From: Hormiphora californensis
Lineage: Eukaryota > Animalia > Ctenophora
Direction: 5' to 3'
Assembly (NCBI GenBank): GCA_020137815.1
Contig: CM035352.1
Location: forward strand, 7,068,001 to 7,132,000
DNA: 64,000 bases
The position numbers and the translations under genes are program-made. Shown here in pieces: positions 20,401 through 31,356 of the stretch. A model generated the notes under the pieces. That model was not told the DNA's origin. It was given only the letters and a program-made list of their open reading frames with translations, and did not search any database. Every line of letters starts with the position of its first letter. Positions within the stretch are counted from its first letter, which is position 1.

Positions 20401-23120
20401 AGACTGGCGCGTTATGAAGTTGGCTGTTCCCAGCGCGAGCTGGGGACAGCCAACTGGAGTTTAATCGCCCGGCAGGGCGATTAAACTGGTTTAAATCCCG
20501 ACGCCGATCCCGAGGCGCCAGCCGAGGGTGAGGGGGAGGTGATTTAAACCTATAACGCGATAGGCTAACAAACGTTCATAGTTTATGAAACCCGATAGTA
20601 ATTACACACAAATAAGAGACACAACACAAGGTAAAACACACAAGGAGTACTGGAAAATAGTCAACAGACGTCCCCAAACTGTGTGTAGACTAACTGGCAC
20701 CTAGTTGCAACTGTTCCTAACATATTTGAGTAAGAGAGAGCAAGATTGGGGCCAATACACACAGTGAGAGATATTGAACAGTAAAAGAGGGAATGAGAGA
20801 GAGAAAGATAGGAATGCGATTCTTTTGACTTTTTATGAGAGAGATAACATTGAAAAGTGTTGCAGACATGTTTCCCCTCTCTCTTGTTGACGGAACTGTG
20901 TGTTTACACACATTTTTATTACTTGGAATTTTACACGCCTGTTATTCAAATCAAGAGAAACGCGAGAAAAAGGGAACTGGACTGTTAAAACGCGAACAGG
21001 GTGTTAAATCCCCCAGCTAGCAGATATCATGTGCACGCAAAATGTTCAAACGACTGATAAATCAACTATCGGGTTTCATATAACTATGAAACCCGATAGT
21101 TGATTTATCAGTCGTTTGAACATTTTGCGTGCACATGATATCTGCTAGCTGGGGGATTTAACACCCTGTTCGCGTTTTAACAGTCCAGTTCCCTTTTTCT
21201 CGCGTTTCTCTTGATTTGAATAACAGGCGTGTAAAATTCCAAGTAATAAAAATGTGTGTAAACACACAGTTCCGTCAACAAGAGAGAGGGGAAACATGTC
21301 TGCAACACTTTTCAATGTTATCTCTCTCATAAAAAGTCAAAAGAATCGCATTCCTATCTTTCTCTCTCTCATTCCCTCTTTTACTGTTCAATATCTCTCA
21401 CTGTGTGTATTGGCCCCAATCTTGCTCTCTCTTACTCAAATATGTTAGGAACAGTTGCAACTAGGTGCCAGTTAGTCTACACACAGTTTGGGGACGTCTG
21501 TTGACTATTTTCCAGTACTCCTTGTGTGTTTTACCTTGTGTTGTGTCTCTTATTTGTGTGTAATTACTATCGGGTTTCATAAACTATGAACGTTTGTTAG
21601 CCTATCGCGTTATAGGTTTAAATCACCTCCCCCTCACCCTCGGCTGGCGCCTCGGGATCGGCGTCGGGATTTAAACCAGTTTAATCGCCCTGCCGGGCGA
21701 TTAAACTCCAGTTGGCTGTCCCCAGCTCGCGCTGGGAACAGCCAACTTCATAACGCGCCAGTCTACAAACGTTCATAGTTCATTTAATCGATTTTATACA
21801 GATGGGGGACATATTCTCACCGTCAATAAATTTGGGCGGTGACTGGTAGCTGGTGGGTTTTTCTAGGACCCAAGTTTCTTGCTGTGCCGTACATTTCTTA
21901 TAAAGCTCCCTGTTCACCAGAGCAACACGAGAGGACGGTATCTGGAAATATGGCTCATTAGTAATGAGTTTATTATGTTGCAAATCCTTTAGAGTTGGGC
22001 TTTATAATTTCCTACCTCTACAAATATGCATCTGTTTTCCTCGATCTCCACTTTTGACAGAAACGGCTCTTTCACTGCTGAAACCTCGACCTTCCTCACT
22101 CTCTGGGAGAAAACACGAATAAATAAAATTAATGAGAGAATAAAAATGTAACATGGTTCCACCGAAGAGAGTTCGGACATCAGGGTTTCTGAGTGAAACA
22201 TTGTTTGAACAAGAAATACCGGACGAGAAAAAGACACCACACTAACCACGTTCCTGTAGACATCATGAATAAAAACAGTCACTTTCCGGTTTCCCTGAAG
22301 AGCCTTCTTCTTTGTGACAGGGTTGGACAGCTTGACAGCCGCTATACTCCCAAACCTTCTTCCCGACCTGAAATCCTCCTCTGAATGTTTTGGTGGTTCG
22401 GTGGGTACTGGGTCACCACTTATCTCGGCCTCCACTGGGGTAAGAATATGTCATGTCGATATTTAAAAAATACTGAAATAACATAAATTGGACACATAAA
22501 ATACTCGTTTAATTAATTAATTATTTAATTAATTAATTATTTAATTAATTACCCGCCTTACTACTTACAGCTTGGTGACCAAGTGTGCACAGGACAAGGC
22601 GAGGAATCCTTTACCATCAACTCCGCCTTAATCTTGGCCTGCCAGGACAGGGCACTGCACAGTAGGGACAGTGTTTTACCTGTACCAGTGGGTGATTCTA
22701 GGAGGGCGTGTTCTTTCTGTTGTAGTGCTTGGATCACCTTGAACATGTACTGAAACTGAAAAGAAGAAGAAGTAGGTTAGCATCTAAATTGGGTTTCCGA
22801 GATACAATTCAAAAACTGGGGCTGGGAAACTGGTAAAATAATTACACTAGGTATTACATAATATCTAAAGTAATAATATCTAAAGTACACTCTGCGTTTA
22901 CCTGTACAGGGTAGGGTTTGTAGGGAAACCTAATCTGGACACCCCCAATAGGATAACTCTTGGAGATCAACACAGATCGATTAGCTATCGGTGTACTACT
23001 CCCAGCAGGAGATGCACTCCTGGCTAGCATGCTCGTTATCCGAGATGTCTTCTTACATTTCTCCACATGACTAACAAAGTTCTTGCGAACCACTCTCTCC
23101 CCACAGTGCTCACACTTCAT
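5427..23120 (-). CDS. BRIP1: FANCJ/BRIP1-like Fe-S DEAH-family DNA helicase, 16 exons
   Basis: Exons 23120-22902, 22755-22569, 22434-22283, 22102-22016, 21941-21821, 20291-20235, 20135-19945, 19507-19405, 19219-19086, 18938-18676, 18525-18372, 18279-18073, 17937-17781, 8775-8632, 8372-7989 (frameshifted), 6890-5427. Motifs: [28 protein letters not shown] (Walker A), [14 protein letters not shown], Fe-S cysteines (SREHSC...CPYY), [53 protein letters not shown]. Confidence 0.93.
6935..7946. mobile_element. ~1-kb fold-back non-autonomous DNA transposon with TTAA flanks
   Basis: Arms 6935-7426 and 7453-7946 are near-perfect inverted repeats with a 26-bp spacer. TTAA lies at 6931-6934 and 7947-7950. 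The mirror-image ORFs in the track reflect the palindrome. It sits in the last FANCJ intron. Confidence 0.9.
8779..9177 (+). repeat. ~24-bp G-rich minisatellite abutting a FANCJ acceptor
   Basis: Units like GGGGCAGGATTGAAGAGGGGAGGGA; polypyrimidine on the FANCJ sense strand. Confidence 0.9.
9711..11140 (-). CDS. Nested intronless type-I membrane glycoprotein, paralog A (Cys-rich D8C-like domain, Ig-like region, TM); frameshift near 10250-10270
   Basis: ATG at 11140 ([12 protein letters not shown]). ORFs 10229-11329 and 9711-10235 join to give a close paralog of 12619-14040, with two extra bases relative to that paralog around GGTGAACTCATCGGCAATCC. TM segment [23 protein letters not shown] followed by RRR. 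Confidence 0.8.
12619..14040 (+). CDS. Nested intronless type-I membrane glycoprotein, paralog B (473 aa)
   Basis: Intact ORF: signal peptide, Cys-rich ectodomain with many NxS/T sites, Ig-like VNLTC..W..VTC segment, [26 protein letters not shown], short tail. An AG acceptor lies 11 nt upstream of the ATG. Confidence 0.9.
   Translation: MLPWFFLALVVPTSTDGSFPDCTDPSTYTVYTKSTQYKGLHNTVSYDDDNSFTGCTLDHDWNKTSIENITCGDCDFEDSPSDVWIRYPEPFSSIFEFGPHVCENSTQWPPVESCNGYSQLALARNNSLVSDDSRCVHFNLVRLNIPIPKDRPKDNTCQILDDTVLIERYDCDSFFLYKMPNDFFKATFFCYQRTVIKDVFSIRKYSFCMVDRQLTPRVVTQDRLYYSGRVDVNLTCVTENSPLPPESASWSNLPAGSIITTNPVRPTPTRRETMVTIPRTNTSSVTCSYGDSSATFYRFTMSTYGRTFNSTHDNLQVCVVQTLPHNQLSNDLMLEDPDGKLYTNSTMHTRGGGDEMSVWSAHKGEFSVSLRFSKESLKGMVVHSTASWHCVLWDPVLKAEVWRRKFTVHREQGPDNTVIYVIAGCAGSLVLVAAIALGVWLQRRSSSRMTISNPGTVREHVTNSSCRMGKPKS
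15463..15618. repeat. 32-bp tandem repeat, about 5 copies
   Basis: Unit TCACCGCTGGTAACCCGTTACTAGGTAACCCG; a single inverted copy lies at ~12130-12160. Confidence 0.9.
16459..17532 (+). CDS. Nested intronless type-I membrane protein, paralog C (Cys-rich domain, TM, Gly/Glu-rich tail; no Ig region)
   Basis: ATG 16459 ([12 protein letters not shown]). The first ~47 aa are near-identical to A/B, and the Cys scaffold is retained (CGDCDF..W.RF, CNGF, DC..F.LYK). [23 protein letters not shown]. Confidence 0.85.
   Translation: MSPWFFLTLVVPTRTDGSFPDCTDPSTYTVYTKSTRYKGLHNTVSYDSTHDQEHCTLYRGNWTEDKTSDQLSCGDCDFENLPPETWVRFPGFFSEIITVSSDPKCTIPCQREFGAEKENVSICDPIPPPGSCNGFGQIVLTPHHSGDGSFNIVLFEAFFKFTTHTSECIWKNTTDIVSRVVSHDCGDFTLYKIPIDWRELATHCHALSQTGDRVTGSNMEEHWTPMSLCLEERSTAQQNGGAVVYIALSVVLVVVAVVLLFIKHFGLPSCSRSRLAVEPIVINEEMAIQDGGHQVLEGEWGDRQGGGQTQMEGERGDGDGQRAPQVDGCIEVAATSGEEERGPKMGRSGRISVNSTS
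20382..21783. mobile_element. 1.4-kb palindrome (fold-back) made of two MITE-like modules
   Basis: Arms 20382-21080 and 21085-21783 (699 bp each) appear identical, with a 4-bp spacer (TAAC) and identical mirror ORFs. It lies in FANCJ intron 5. Confidence 0.85.
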
Positions 23121-23211
23121 CTCATGGTGCTATTATAGGAGGAGGAGGTGGTTATATATTACAGGGGTGCTTGTATTATATACCTGCTAACATACTTCCT
23201 AAACCCCTATC

Positions 23212-23337
<126 letters not shown>

Positions 23338-23500
23338 ACACCCTCTCAATCTTTTGTAGATTCAAACTTTTATAGAAAGATTGAAGCATTTTCAGGCGCA
23401 GTTTAGATACGCGACAAAGTTTAGATACGCGAGTAAGAGACATGGAGATAGCTATAAAGAAAAAAGAGAGAACACACAGAACTCTTTATAATACCCATAT

Positions 23501-24628
23501 GGTCATGTTTTTTTTTCATTGGACGTAAAAATTTTTCAAAAATGGGCAAATGTTACATTTACTCAAAAATGCGGCACTTAATTTAGTAAAAATCAGTTGA
23601 TATTCCAACCCTAATAGCAAAAGTGTCTTTTGAACACTTTTATGTACTTAAAATTGAATTTACTCATAAATTGCGGCACTGCTAACCAACTTTGCTAAAG
23701 CTGGCACCAATCAAACAGTTTAAACAATATCGTTACATTTTTTTGCGTAAATTACAGAAAAATGGTACATATTTCTTATCCATAGCTAGGAGTAAGCGAA
23801 TTACTCATATTGTGCGGTGTAAATGGTGGTTGAATTGATTGAATTTTTTGAATTGCATTTAACACCCTTCTTTGGTACCAATTTATGAGTAAATTGATAC
23901 TAAACTGTTGTAAATACAATAAACAACCACCTTAGCTAAAGAAAACTACCAAATTTTACTCAAATTGTGCGGGGCGGCTAAAAATAGCATTCATCTTTAA
24001 CCTGCTGTAGCACCGCACTAAATGAGTAAACAGATCTCAAAGTGGTTGGATACAGTTCATATCACCAATAACTACTGTACCTACCATGCTTTTAATCTGT
24101 TTACTCAAAAATTGCGGCTCTATTGACTGTTGGGTGAAATCAACCTTGTTTTCAGGTCTCGTGCCGCACAATATGAGTAACTGAGAGTACTAGTTATCGC
24201 CTTATCATACTCATAATTGTTCAAAGGAGATATGTACAAAAACTCAAACATTAATCGACTCATTTTACACTTTAGGAGTAAGATTTGCGGTAGAAAACAG
24301 CCGTGTGCCGCACAATATGAGTAAATTTTCCCCCGAAACCTAGTCTATCCTTTTACAAAAAAATATTTACAATGATTTCTGAAATTTCAAAAGTTCAATC
24401 ATAACTAGAGCAACATGAGAGCCCTGTGCCGCAATTTTAAACCGCACTGATGTTTTAGGCTGTATCTCTGTAAGCCGTTGAATAAGAGTAACCGTTTTTT
24501 CACCATAGTAAAGTTCAAAGTATTATGCACTTATCGCATATATGAGTGACCATCCAAGCCGTGTGGTTGCTTTGCAATTCTCTTCTGAAAATTTTTGGTC
24601 AAACGTCCAATGAAAAAAAAACATGACC
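23501..24628. mobile_element. Non-autonomous DNA transposon (~1.13 kb) with TIRs and repeated internal motif
   Basis: TIR GGTCATGTTTTTTTTTCATTGGACGT / ACGTCCAATGAAAAAAAAACATGACC with ATAT on both flanks. The internal motif TTACTCA(N4-5)TGCGG is repeated in both orientations. Confidence 0.85.
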
Positions 24629-24857
24629 ATATAAGGAGTCCGACATCCGTCTGCTATAATGGTTTTAAGACAAGGACATTAACTGTGCCTGGATGCTTGA
24701 GTGAGATGTAAAAGAGAGAGAAAGAGAGATAAAGAAAGAGCAGCTTTATAGATTTAACCCAATGCTTGTGAAAGAGACAACCCTTGTTTTTCACACCCAC
24801 CACTCATTTGTTATTACGGTGTCATATATATGTTATAGCCAACTTTGCAAGAGTGGA

Positions 24858-25513
24858 ATGGGCTTGTTTATCATAGTATGGAGCACTGTAATTATAAACC
24901 TGGTAAACCCTCTGCAACTGGTGCTCATAAACCCAACTCAGAGTACAATCAGCAAGGGTAGGGGTGCCTCAAAAGCGATTGATGGTAACTTAGCAACCGA
25001 GTATCATTCTTACTATCCTACATCATCCACTGAGGAATGGATACAGTTTGATTTGCAGGACCCATCAGTCATATCAACTGTCACCATGATCGGCAGGTAA
25101 TAAACGCTTTTTTAAATGTTTTCAGGACAGATCACTTTGAAGTAATTGCATGGCTTTTTTCCCGTTTTTTTTGCAGCTCGATTTACCTTGTAAAAAACCG
25201 TCCCCGAGCCCAGTAAGTCGAGGGTAGACTGTACCCTTTTTAAACTTCAGGGGAGACGACAACGGGTATGGTTACCGTATTCAGGGGACCCAAGTCCGAA
25301 TCTATAGTGAACAACAAGAAAATTGGACTACTTGTGGAACTATTGAGGATCACCAATCCAACCCAGAGTACACTATTACCTGCCCGGATGACATTGTAGC
25401 AACCAAATTGTGGCTGTATGATAACACTGCGGCAGAAGAAGATTCAGAAGATGCCTTTAAAGATGGAGGCGTGATTATAGTTATCAAGGAGGTGACTGCT
25501 TTCGGACCAATGT
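24858..25513 (+). CDS. Secreted F-type-lectin/discoidin (F5/8C)-like protein; 3' end unresolved
   Basis: Exons 24858-25096 and 25251-25513 join in frame: signal peptide, AIDGN..YHS, EWIQFDL, VTMIGR|GDD..YRIQG, CGTI..YTITC, IKEVTAFG. Confidence 0.75.
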
Positions 25514-25519
25514 GTAAGT

Positions 25520-25612
25520 CAGGAACCAGTAAACAGCCAATCAGAACTCGTTATTTAGGTCACGTGACTGGTTATCAGCCAATCAGGGACCAGTATTTCC
25601 TGATTCAGTCGG
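25520..25612. mobile_element. Short MITE-like insertion just after a splice donor
   Basis: CAGGAACC...CAGCCAATCAGAACTCGTTATTTAGGTCACGTGACTGGTTATCAGCCAATCAGGGACCAGTATTTCCTGATT, flanked by the direct repeat TCGGACCAATGTGTAAGT (25502-25519 and 25609-25626). Confidence 0.65.
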
Positions 25613-26391
25613 ACCAATGTGTAAGTATTGATGTGTCTACACGTCTGCTCGTACGTATAGAAGGCACATTTGTGTAATGTGTGTATACCCTTATAATATT
25701 CATCCTAGTCGCCTTGCTTTGCTTGCTGCTTTTGCTTTTTACATATTCATCCTTACTCTAGATAATGTTATCAATTGATAAATGTCATCATGACCGTGAC
25801 CAAACCTCGCATCATGCGTAGATTGGACCACATACCCTACCTGTCTCATGAACAAGTATCTAATTAGCCGATTAGTGGATAGCCTACCTAGCGCACCCAC
25901 CTCAAGGGCAGATAGGCGAACTAACCTTAAGCTTTACTAAAGTCCAAACCACAAAGAAATTTGAAGTTTCAGAATTTAGTTTTTCCTCAGCCCAGTTTTT
26001 TTTCAGTAACATATCTAGTTTGTGCCCAAACTATCCAATCTTGGGTAGTAAATCTAAAACATAGGATCGTCGGGGTTATTTCGGTGACCAAGGAATGTTA
26101 GCACCAAGGGGGGGGGGGGTTTAATTCAAGTAGATCATGGGCCTTTTCTATAAAATTGGCTCTGGTTAATTATATAGACGGAAAATAAATGTTCAATACT
26201 AAAAAACAAATACATAATTTGCATAATTCTGCGTCGACACTTGGTAAGTTCCTATTGGGCACACTGAACCCTCCCTTTCAAGAGTGTGGGGGTAATAGAA
26301 ATAAATAGAGGGGGAGACGCACTGTGCCCTTTCAAGAGAGCGGGGGTAAGAGAAAGGGTAAAGGAGGGTACACTGTGCCCTAAAAGCCCCT

Positions 26392-28402
26392 TCAGTCAGT
26401 CTCCATGTCCTTGCTAGCCTCACTCGTCTGATCGTAATGTCTGTATTCAGGCTTTAGTTCCCAGGTGTTCTTGTGGGGTGCCTTGTTGTTGTACACACAC
26501 ATCTCCCCCAGGAACTCCTTGAGATAATTCTCCTGAACAAATGGGGGGGGGGGGGGTATTAGTGGGAGCTCTCCTGAATAAAACGGGGATAAAACTAGAG
26601 AATAGTGGGCCGGGGGGCTGGCTGGTATAAAACGGGGATTTTAGTAAGTGTCTAGAGAATGGTGGGCTGGTATAATTTCGTAGGATGTCTAAAGATAAAA
26701 AGAGGAGTGTGTTTAAGTGGGTGCCTAACTAAAAGGGTGTGTGTTTTAGTTGGACCTATTTTAGTGGGGCTAAAAAACCACTAACCGGCTGCCCAGTTAT
26801 ACTGAGGAGATTCTTCTGACTAATGTATTGATTCTTCTTGAATGCCTTTAGTATCATGTTTTCAACTGTAGCCCTGTCCAGCCGGATTCTCTTGTTCGCT
26901 GACTTCTCCTCACGCTGTGCTTTGGTTGTATACAACTACAGGGAGATTAATTAGTTAATTACTTAATTAGTTAATTAATATTACTAATATGTTAGTTGAT
27001 GGGAGTTGATTAATCAATTAGGTCATGGGGGATTTATTATAGTAGCTCGTGCTGCTGTACTATATGTTCTATGTGTTACCAACCTGCTTTTGTGATACAT
27101 TAGAAGGTTTGAAAGCGTTCACTGTCTTAGTGTTGAACTTTATCGTTCTCTCTGGCATTGCCTTCCTCTCCGCTTCAAACCTGTTGAAAAAACATCGAAC
27201 GTGTGTAGTACGTACGGCCATCCTCTTGATGACACAATCATCATTCATCCCTACACTACAGACGCGAAACCCCTATAACATAATAGGGGATTTCATCACC
27301 ATCCTCTCAGTTCAGAAAGAAGGGGGGATTTTAGCTAAGAGTCTGAACAACTTTCATATATCTGTTACATGGGCTTGCTGTGCCAAATTACGATATCGTG
27401 AACCATATATCAGAGGAGGGTGGGCCCAAACCTAGTGTTGTTGGGTTTACTCTCTCGTGTTACCTTGGTTAGTTGGCTGGTTACCTTTTCAAGCTCAGAT
27501 AAGATCTGGATGAATTCTGGTTTTGGTAAACATCAAATCGGGTCTTGATAACTCCCTCCATGTGTATTACCTGGTGAGGTAGTTTTGCTGGTTAATGTGA
27601 CGTCATCTAACACTCCGTTTTTAATCGGGGTGCAGTGAGAGAGGGTCGAGCAAGGCAAGTCCTCCCCGACTCTCTAATCTCGAGCTATACTTGGTAGCCC
27701 CTTATGTAACTTTGGCAACTTTGGAGGCGTTTGAGGTCAATATTTGGTGCAAAACCCGAATGACGACATGAACTCACCACCCGCAACATCAACTAACTCA
27801 CCTCTTCCCCCTGACTGTATGTATTGGGTCCCGAAACATCAACTAACTCACCTCTTCCCCCTCGCTGTAGACAGCCAGTGCTCGGTTGGGTCCTGCGAGG
27901 GTACCCAGGCGCATATCATGGTTAGAAGGACACTGGGACTTATCATCTGATACTTTGTCACACAGGTTCTGGTCTATGTCAAACGAGATCTGGCAGGGGG
28001 ATTGGAAGATTGGAGAGGGGGGGGGGGGTTGAATATCGAGGGAAGGGGGCGGGTAAAAAAGTTCATAAAATGCCCTAATAAGTGAAACAGAACAACAACT
28101 ATTATACCCCCTACCTTGGTTCCTGCAGCGGTCCGATTAGTTTTTATCACTCCAAATTGTCCTCCTTCATCACACATCTTCAGCCGATCTGACACGTACT
28201 TGGGAACCTTCACCAGCCACAATCCCGTACCTGTGGAGTTGGTAAAACTAATTGATTAACTAATTACTTAACTAATTAGACAATTAATTAATTAACTGCT
28301 GGTGATCGATTTATTAATAGCTGTTTCATTGTTCCTACCTGCTCTCTCAGTATACACATGTTTATCCTTTATATCGGGTTGTTCAACATAAATCCCTGAC
28401 AT
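26392..28402 (-). CDS. GTF2F2: General transcription factor IIF subunit 2 (RAP30)
   Basis: Phase-consistent exons 28402-28339, 28230-28115, 27989-27852, 27570-27485, 27180-27084, 26935-26786, 26532-26392. Motifs GLWLVKVPKY, ITGQPENYLKE, HKNTWELKPEYRHY. Confidence 0.95.
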
Positions 28403-28576
28403 TCCTAGCTTGGGGAATTGAACAGGAGTTATCGGCCATCGGGTAGATAAAAATAGAAAAAACGACACTCGTGTCAAACATGGGGGATTTATTATAGTAG
28501 CTCGTGCTGCTGTACTATATGTTCTATGTGTTACCAACCTGCTTTTGTGATACATTAGAAGGTTTGAAAGCGTTCA

Positions 28577-28828
28577 CTGTGGAGTTGGTAAAACTAATTG
28601 ATTAACTAATTACTTAACTAATTAGACAATTAATTAATTAACTGCTGGTGATCGATTTATTAATAGCTGTTTCATTGTTCCTACCTGCTCTCTCAGTATA
28701 CACATGTTTATCCTTTATATCGGGTTGTTCAACATAAATCCCTGACATTCCTAGCTTGGGGAATTGAACAGGAGTTATCGGCCATCGGGTAGATAAAAAT
28801 AGAAAAAACGACACTCGTGTCAAACATG
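28577..28828 (-). repeat. 252-bp duplicate of GTF2F2 exon 1 and intron 1
   Basis: Identical to 28231-28482. The intervening 28479-28580 copies 27024-27125. Confidence 0.93.
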
Positions 28829-28914
28829 ATGTTTTCATTGTGAAAATAATAAATTAGGATCAATTGTTTTCAATCAAAATTTAAAGATTTGAACCGATTT
28901 AGCTAGGAAATTGT

Positions 28915-31033
28915 TTATGCGAGTTTCAGAACTTCCTCCACCATCAAACCAACACCATCGTATATCTCATGGACAGCAGTGTCGCACATAAACGCAGGTG
29001 TCGTCACGACCTGGGGGGAATTGGATTGAAATTAGATAACAACATAATCAGTGTCAGGACTCAGGCGACTCTAATATTCAATCTCTCAAGTAGAATGCAC
29101 CGATAATGTTCAATATTGGTATGGTAAAGTACCTTGTTCTTCGTGTCGGTGTGTGTCTGATTAACGTCTGTCACAATATGTTGCCCTCCCATGGCCTTAA
29201 CAGCACCAGCAGCCCCTGCATACGGCCACCTATCTTGACCCTCCACATCGGAACCTGGCAGTGGCTAGTTTTATGAAGGAGCAGTATAGTAACGGGCACA
29301 TGTCGCCGTGTTCACAGTTTTCTGTTTGATATTGTTCACATCATGGCGAGTTCAGCGTTATTGTGTGGTACTACCAGTTCTGTTAATTCTGCATTTCATA
29401 GCGCTAGTAAATCTATTCAGTCCGTTGGAAAGCTAATTCTTGTCGAAAAAAGAGCAGTCTACCTACCATCTATAGACACTGTATCCACTACAAACTCGGT
29501 AAGTAATAACCGGATTACCTGTGACCTACTTAAAAAATCTAAAAAATCTAAAAACTGTTTTCAGTACCCACAAAAGCACACCCATGCAAGTAATTTCAGG
29601 TGTTGCGTACGCGTACGTTTGGTTTTTGCGGTTACCACATGACTGATGACACTAGTTTTCCATACTACACAATACTATGAGTATATGAGTGGCAATTGTT
29701 TCAGGTATTTGAAGATGTCGATGATATATTTAACCCAGATAATGAAATACCAGCGAATTTTGAGGGCAATAACACCAACAAAAACACGCCAGACAACTCT
29801 AAAAGAGTAACATTGAGAGAAACAGCAAAAAAGGTGGCTTCCGGTACGAGGAAAAAGCTGAAAAAGTTCCGGCCTCACCGTTTTCTAGTTAGAGGTATAT
29901 AATAAGACAGCTAATATAATGAATAGCTAGATAACTTGATATGAGTACGTCATGGCTTAGTCATAGGTCTGTTTTAGACTTTTAGAGACGGTGCTATTTT
30001 TGTTGAGAACTAGATATTTCTTTATGATGACTCTCTTTTTCAGATCGCACCGATGTCGAAAAGGTCCATATTGTGTTAGACTCAACAGATTATCTTGGGG
30101 AAACACAACAACAACAGAAAAACATCAACAATTTAAAACAGCCTAGCTATTTGCAGTGGGAACGGGAAGTAGAGCAACGGTTTATGAATTTGGGAGAAGT
30201 ACATTACTGTTAATAGTTTCCCTGTGTTTTTCCCTGTGTTTTTTCATGTTGTTTTTAGTATAAAATCGAATAGTTTTCTTACCTACGGTCACCTCTACTC
30301 CTTCAAATACTTTGGCAGCAATAACAGGAGCTATACAGCACAACCCGATGGGCTTGCCAGCGCCGTGAAACTCTTTTAACACTCTGCTTACAGTCCCATC
30401 TACCTCCATATTGGATCCTTCCACCGCAAAGTTACTGAGGTTCTTAGCTGCACCAAAACCACCTGGATTTTTTAAAATGGTAAATTCCAATCAAATTTAC
30501 GAAATACTGGAACAATTCAATTAGCACAATTAGTACAATTAGCATGGCACTAATTAGTTCGTAATATGACTGTAACATAATGGCAGTTAATTAATTCGTA
30601 CCAGGGATAATAATCGCATCATGGTCAGCGGTTACAAGTCCATCCAGTGCGGAAATCTTCCCTCGTGCTATACGGGCACTCTCCTTCAGAACGTTTCGTT
30701 TCTCACTCATCTCACTTCCCGAGGTGTGATCCACAACGTGATGTTGATCCTGGAGAGAAGAATAAAGTTCCTATGTTGCACAACACAGGGTCAACAAAGG
30801 TTTACAAAATCATGGACTAGCACAGGAAGATATTAAAATTAGAAAACTCCCAATATTTATACCTTGTCAGGTGCGTAAATCGATACTTCAGCTCCCGCCC
30901 TACTCAAATGAGTCATGACTGCACTGGCCTCGTGCACCTCAGAGCCATCGTATACTCCACAACCGCTTAGCACAACAGCTACCTTTCTCCCTGCAGCAGT
31001 GCTCATGGCTCTGGTACTCAGGAGACGCAACAT
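28915..31033 (-). CDS. GATD3: ES1/GATD3 (glutamine amidotransferase-like class 1, DJ-1 superfamily) mitochondrial protein
   Basis: Exons 31033-30863, 30749-30602, 30462-30283, 29254-29133, 29010-28915. Presequence-like [12 protein letters not shown]; motifs [58 protein letters not shown]. Confidence 0.95.
29343..30213 (+). CDS. Putative 154-aa orphan protein nested antisense in GATD3 intron 3
   Basis: Exons 29343-29498, 29705-29843 and 30044-30213 have canonical sites, matching phases (0,1) and an open frame from ATG to TAA. Confidence 0.55.
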
Positions 31034-31356
31034 ATTAAACTATACGTTATTAGTGTGCATTCAGCCGGGATTAGGGTCAGTAGGATTCAGGTGGAGGGGA
31101 GAGCAGGGGCCAGGGGCCAGAATTGGGGGAGGGATCAGAGACAATAGTATAGGACAGATTTAACATAAAGCAATTTTATCATACTGCAAAGGAAACAAGC
31201 TTTCTTTAATCACAATAAACATCCAATATCTAAAAAACAAAAAACAATCTCGACAAAATTTGTTGGTCTTATCATTTGATCTATTTCTAATTTATTGTGA
31301 TAGCGCTAAGCGCATACATGCACATCTATTCCAGTTCAAGCTGAGAGTACTCAGCA

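Noticed and set aside
5427-23120. RTEL1, DDX11 or XPD identity
   Set aside because: TRTHKQIAQ and WY.IQA.RA.NQALGRC.RH..DWGA fit FANCJ best; a phylogeny would be decisive.
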